Source of the DNA: Actinomycetota bacterium
GTDB taxonomy: Bacteria; Actinomycetota; CADDZG01; WHSQ01
Length of the DNA: 64,000 nucleotides
Reading direction: 5' to 3'
NCBI GenBank assembly: GCA_046263155.1
Contig: JBHELF010000160.1
Span: 2,814-66,813, forward strand
Positions 63,504-64,000 of the stretch are shown piece by piece (the first letter of the stretch is position 1; every line of letters starts with the position of its first letter). The notes under the pieces were generated by a model. That model worked only from the letters and a program-made list of their open reading frames with translations, did not search any database and was not told where the DNA came from. The position numbers and the translations under genes are program-made.

Positions 63504-64000
63504 CTATCCCGTCAGCGCTCTCAGAACCGAGATCCGACCCATTCCGAAGTAGCCGTCGCGCCCCGGGCGCCCCAAATCGACCGCGGTCTCCATGATCCGG
63601 GTCGCAACCTCATCGGCGCTCCACTCCGGATGGGCCGAAAACAGCAGCGCCGCCAGGGCCGACACGTGGGGAGCCGCCATCGAGGTCCCCGAGAAGGCTG
63701 CGAACCCTGGCGTGCTGGGCGGGGAGCGATCGGCCGGCACCGTCGACCAGATGCCCACGCCCGGGGCCGCGACGTCGACGTAGGGCCCGTGGTTCGAGAA
63801 GGGCGCCCATTCGTCCTGGGTGCTGGTCGCCCCCACACCCAGATAGCCGTCGCAGGCAGCCGGGTATGTGGTGGGGTTCTTCCTCTGAGCGGAGTTTCCC
63901 GCCGCGGCGACGAGCAGCACCTCCTTGGCGGCGGCGAGCTGAGCCAAAGCCATGAAGGGAGCAGGGCAGGAATCGCCCGCCCCGCCCAGCGAGAGATTCA
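63504..64000 (-). CDS. S8 (subtilisin-like) serine peptidase, C-terminal part; continues beyond the right edge
   Basis: SLSLGG..., VAAAGNS, and GTSMAAPHVSALAALL (catalytic Ser). The frame stays open upstream of the tracked Met to position 64000. Confidence 0.85.
   Translation of the reverse strand, partial: NLSLGGAGDSCPAPFMALAQLAAAKEVLLVAAAGNSAQRKNPTTYPAACDGYLGVGATSTQDEWAPFSNHGPYVDVAAPGVGIWSTVPADRSPPSTPGFAAFSGTSMAAPHVSALAALLFSAHPEWSADEVATRIMETAVDLGRPGRDGYFGMGRISVLRALTG

Overview
High-GC (about 65-70% by eye), densely coding chromosomal segment that looks actinobacterial. Supporting features: mec-cysO-cysM-murI-MBL hydrolase-rph-rdgB synteny as in Mycobacterium Rv1334-Rv1341, a Kgd-type 2-oxoglutarate dehydrogenase with an N-terminal E2-like extension, a TIGR03086/DinB-like protein, an F420-type PPOX, a class E sortase and UdgX. 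All product calls come from reading motifs in the ORF-track translations and the DNA; no searches were run.

Main points:
1. selD is a selenoprotein. The ORF track truncates it at an in-frame UGA (11211-11213), which is followed by a SECIS-like hairpin. selD overlaps the start of a mec-cysO-cysM operon.
2. 31.8-40.5 kb is a plasticity zone. An intact tRNA-Lys(CTT) at 39716-39789 is followed by two further copies of its 3' half (35047-35093 and 32797-32840). These delimit a 4.7-kb xis/int element with an unexplained four-gene cargo and an older integrase-less remnant carrying an Ltp-type lipoprotein. The zone is flanked by a truncated aminotransferase fragment and by tRNA-His.
3. Other notable items:
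- tandem secreted paralogs of an unrecognised family (6498-7839)
- a DUF2330-like/cupredoxin gene pair
- a UdgX-type (KRRIH) glycosylase next to an AlkA-like glycosylase
- a BNR/sialidase-like gene whose signal peptide lies upstream of any canonical start codon
- a free-standing LAGLIDADG-like gene beside tRNA-Leu
- an LPVTG protein/class E sortase/FN3 locus behind a long AT-richer leader
- an ECF sigma factor fused to a transmembrane, Cys-containing C-terminal domain

No rRNA, CRISPR array, transposase or reverse transcriptase was seen. The most plausible candidate for an undescribed system is the cargo module of the tRNA-Lys element (37507-39632); this is inference, not demonstrated.
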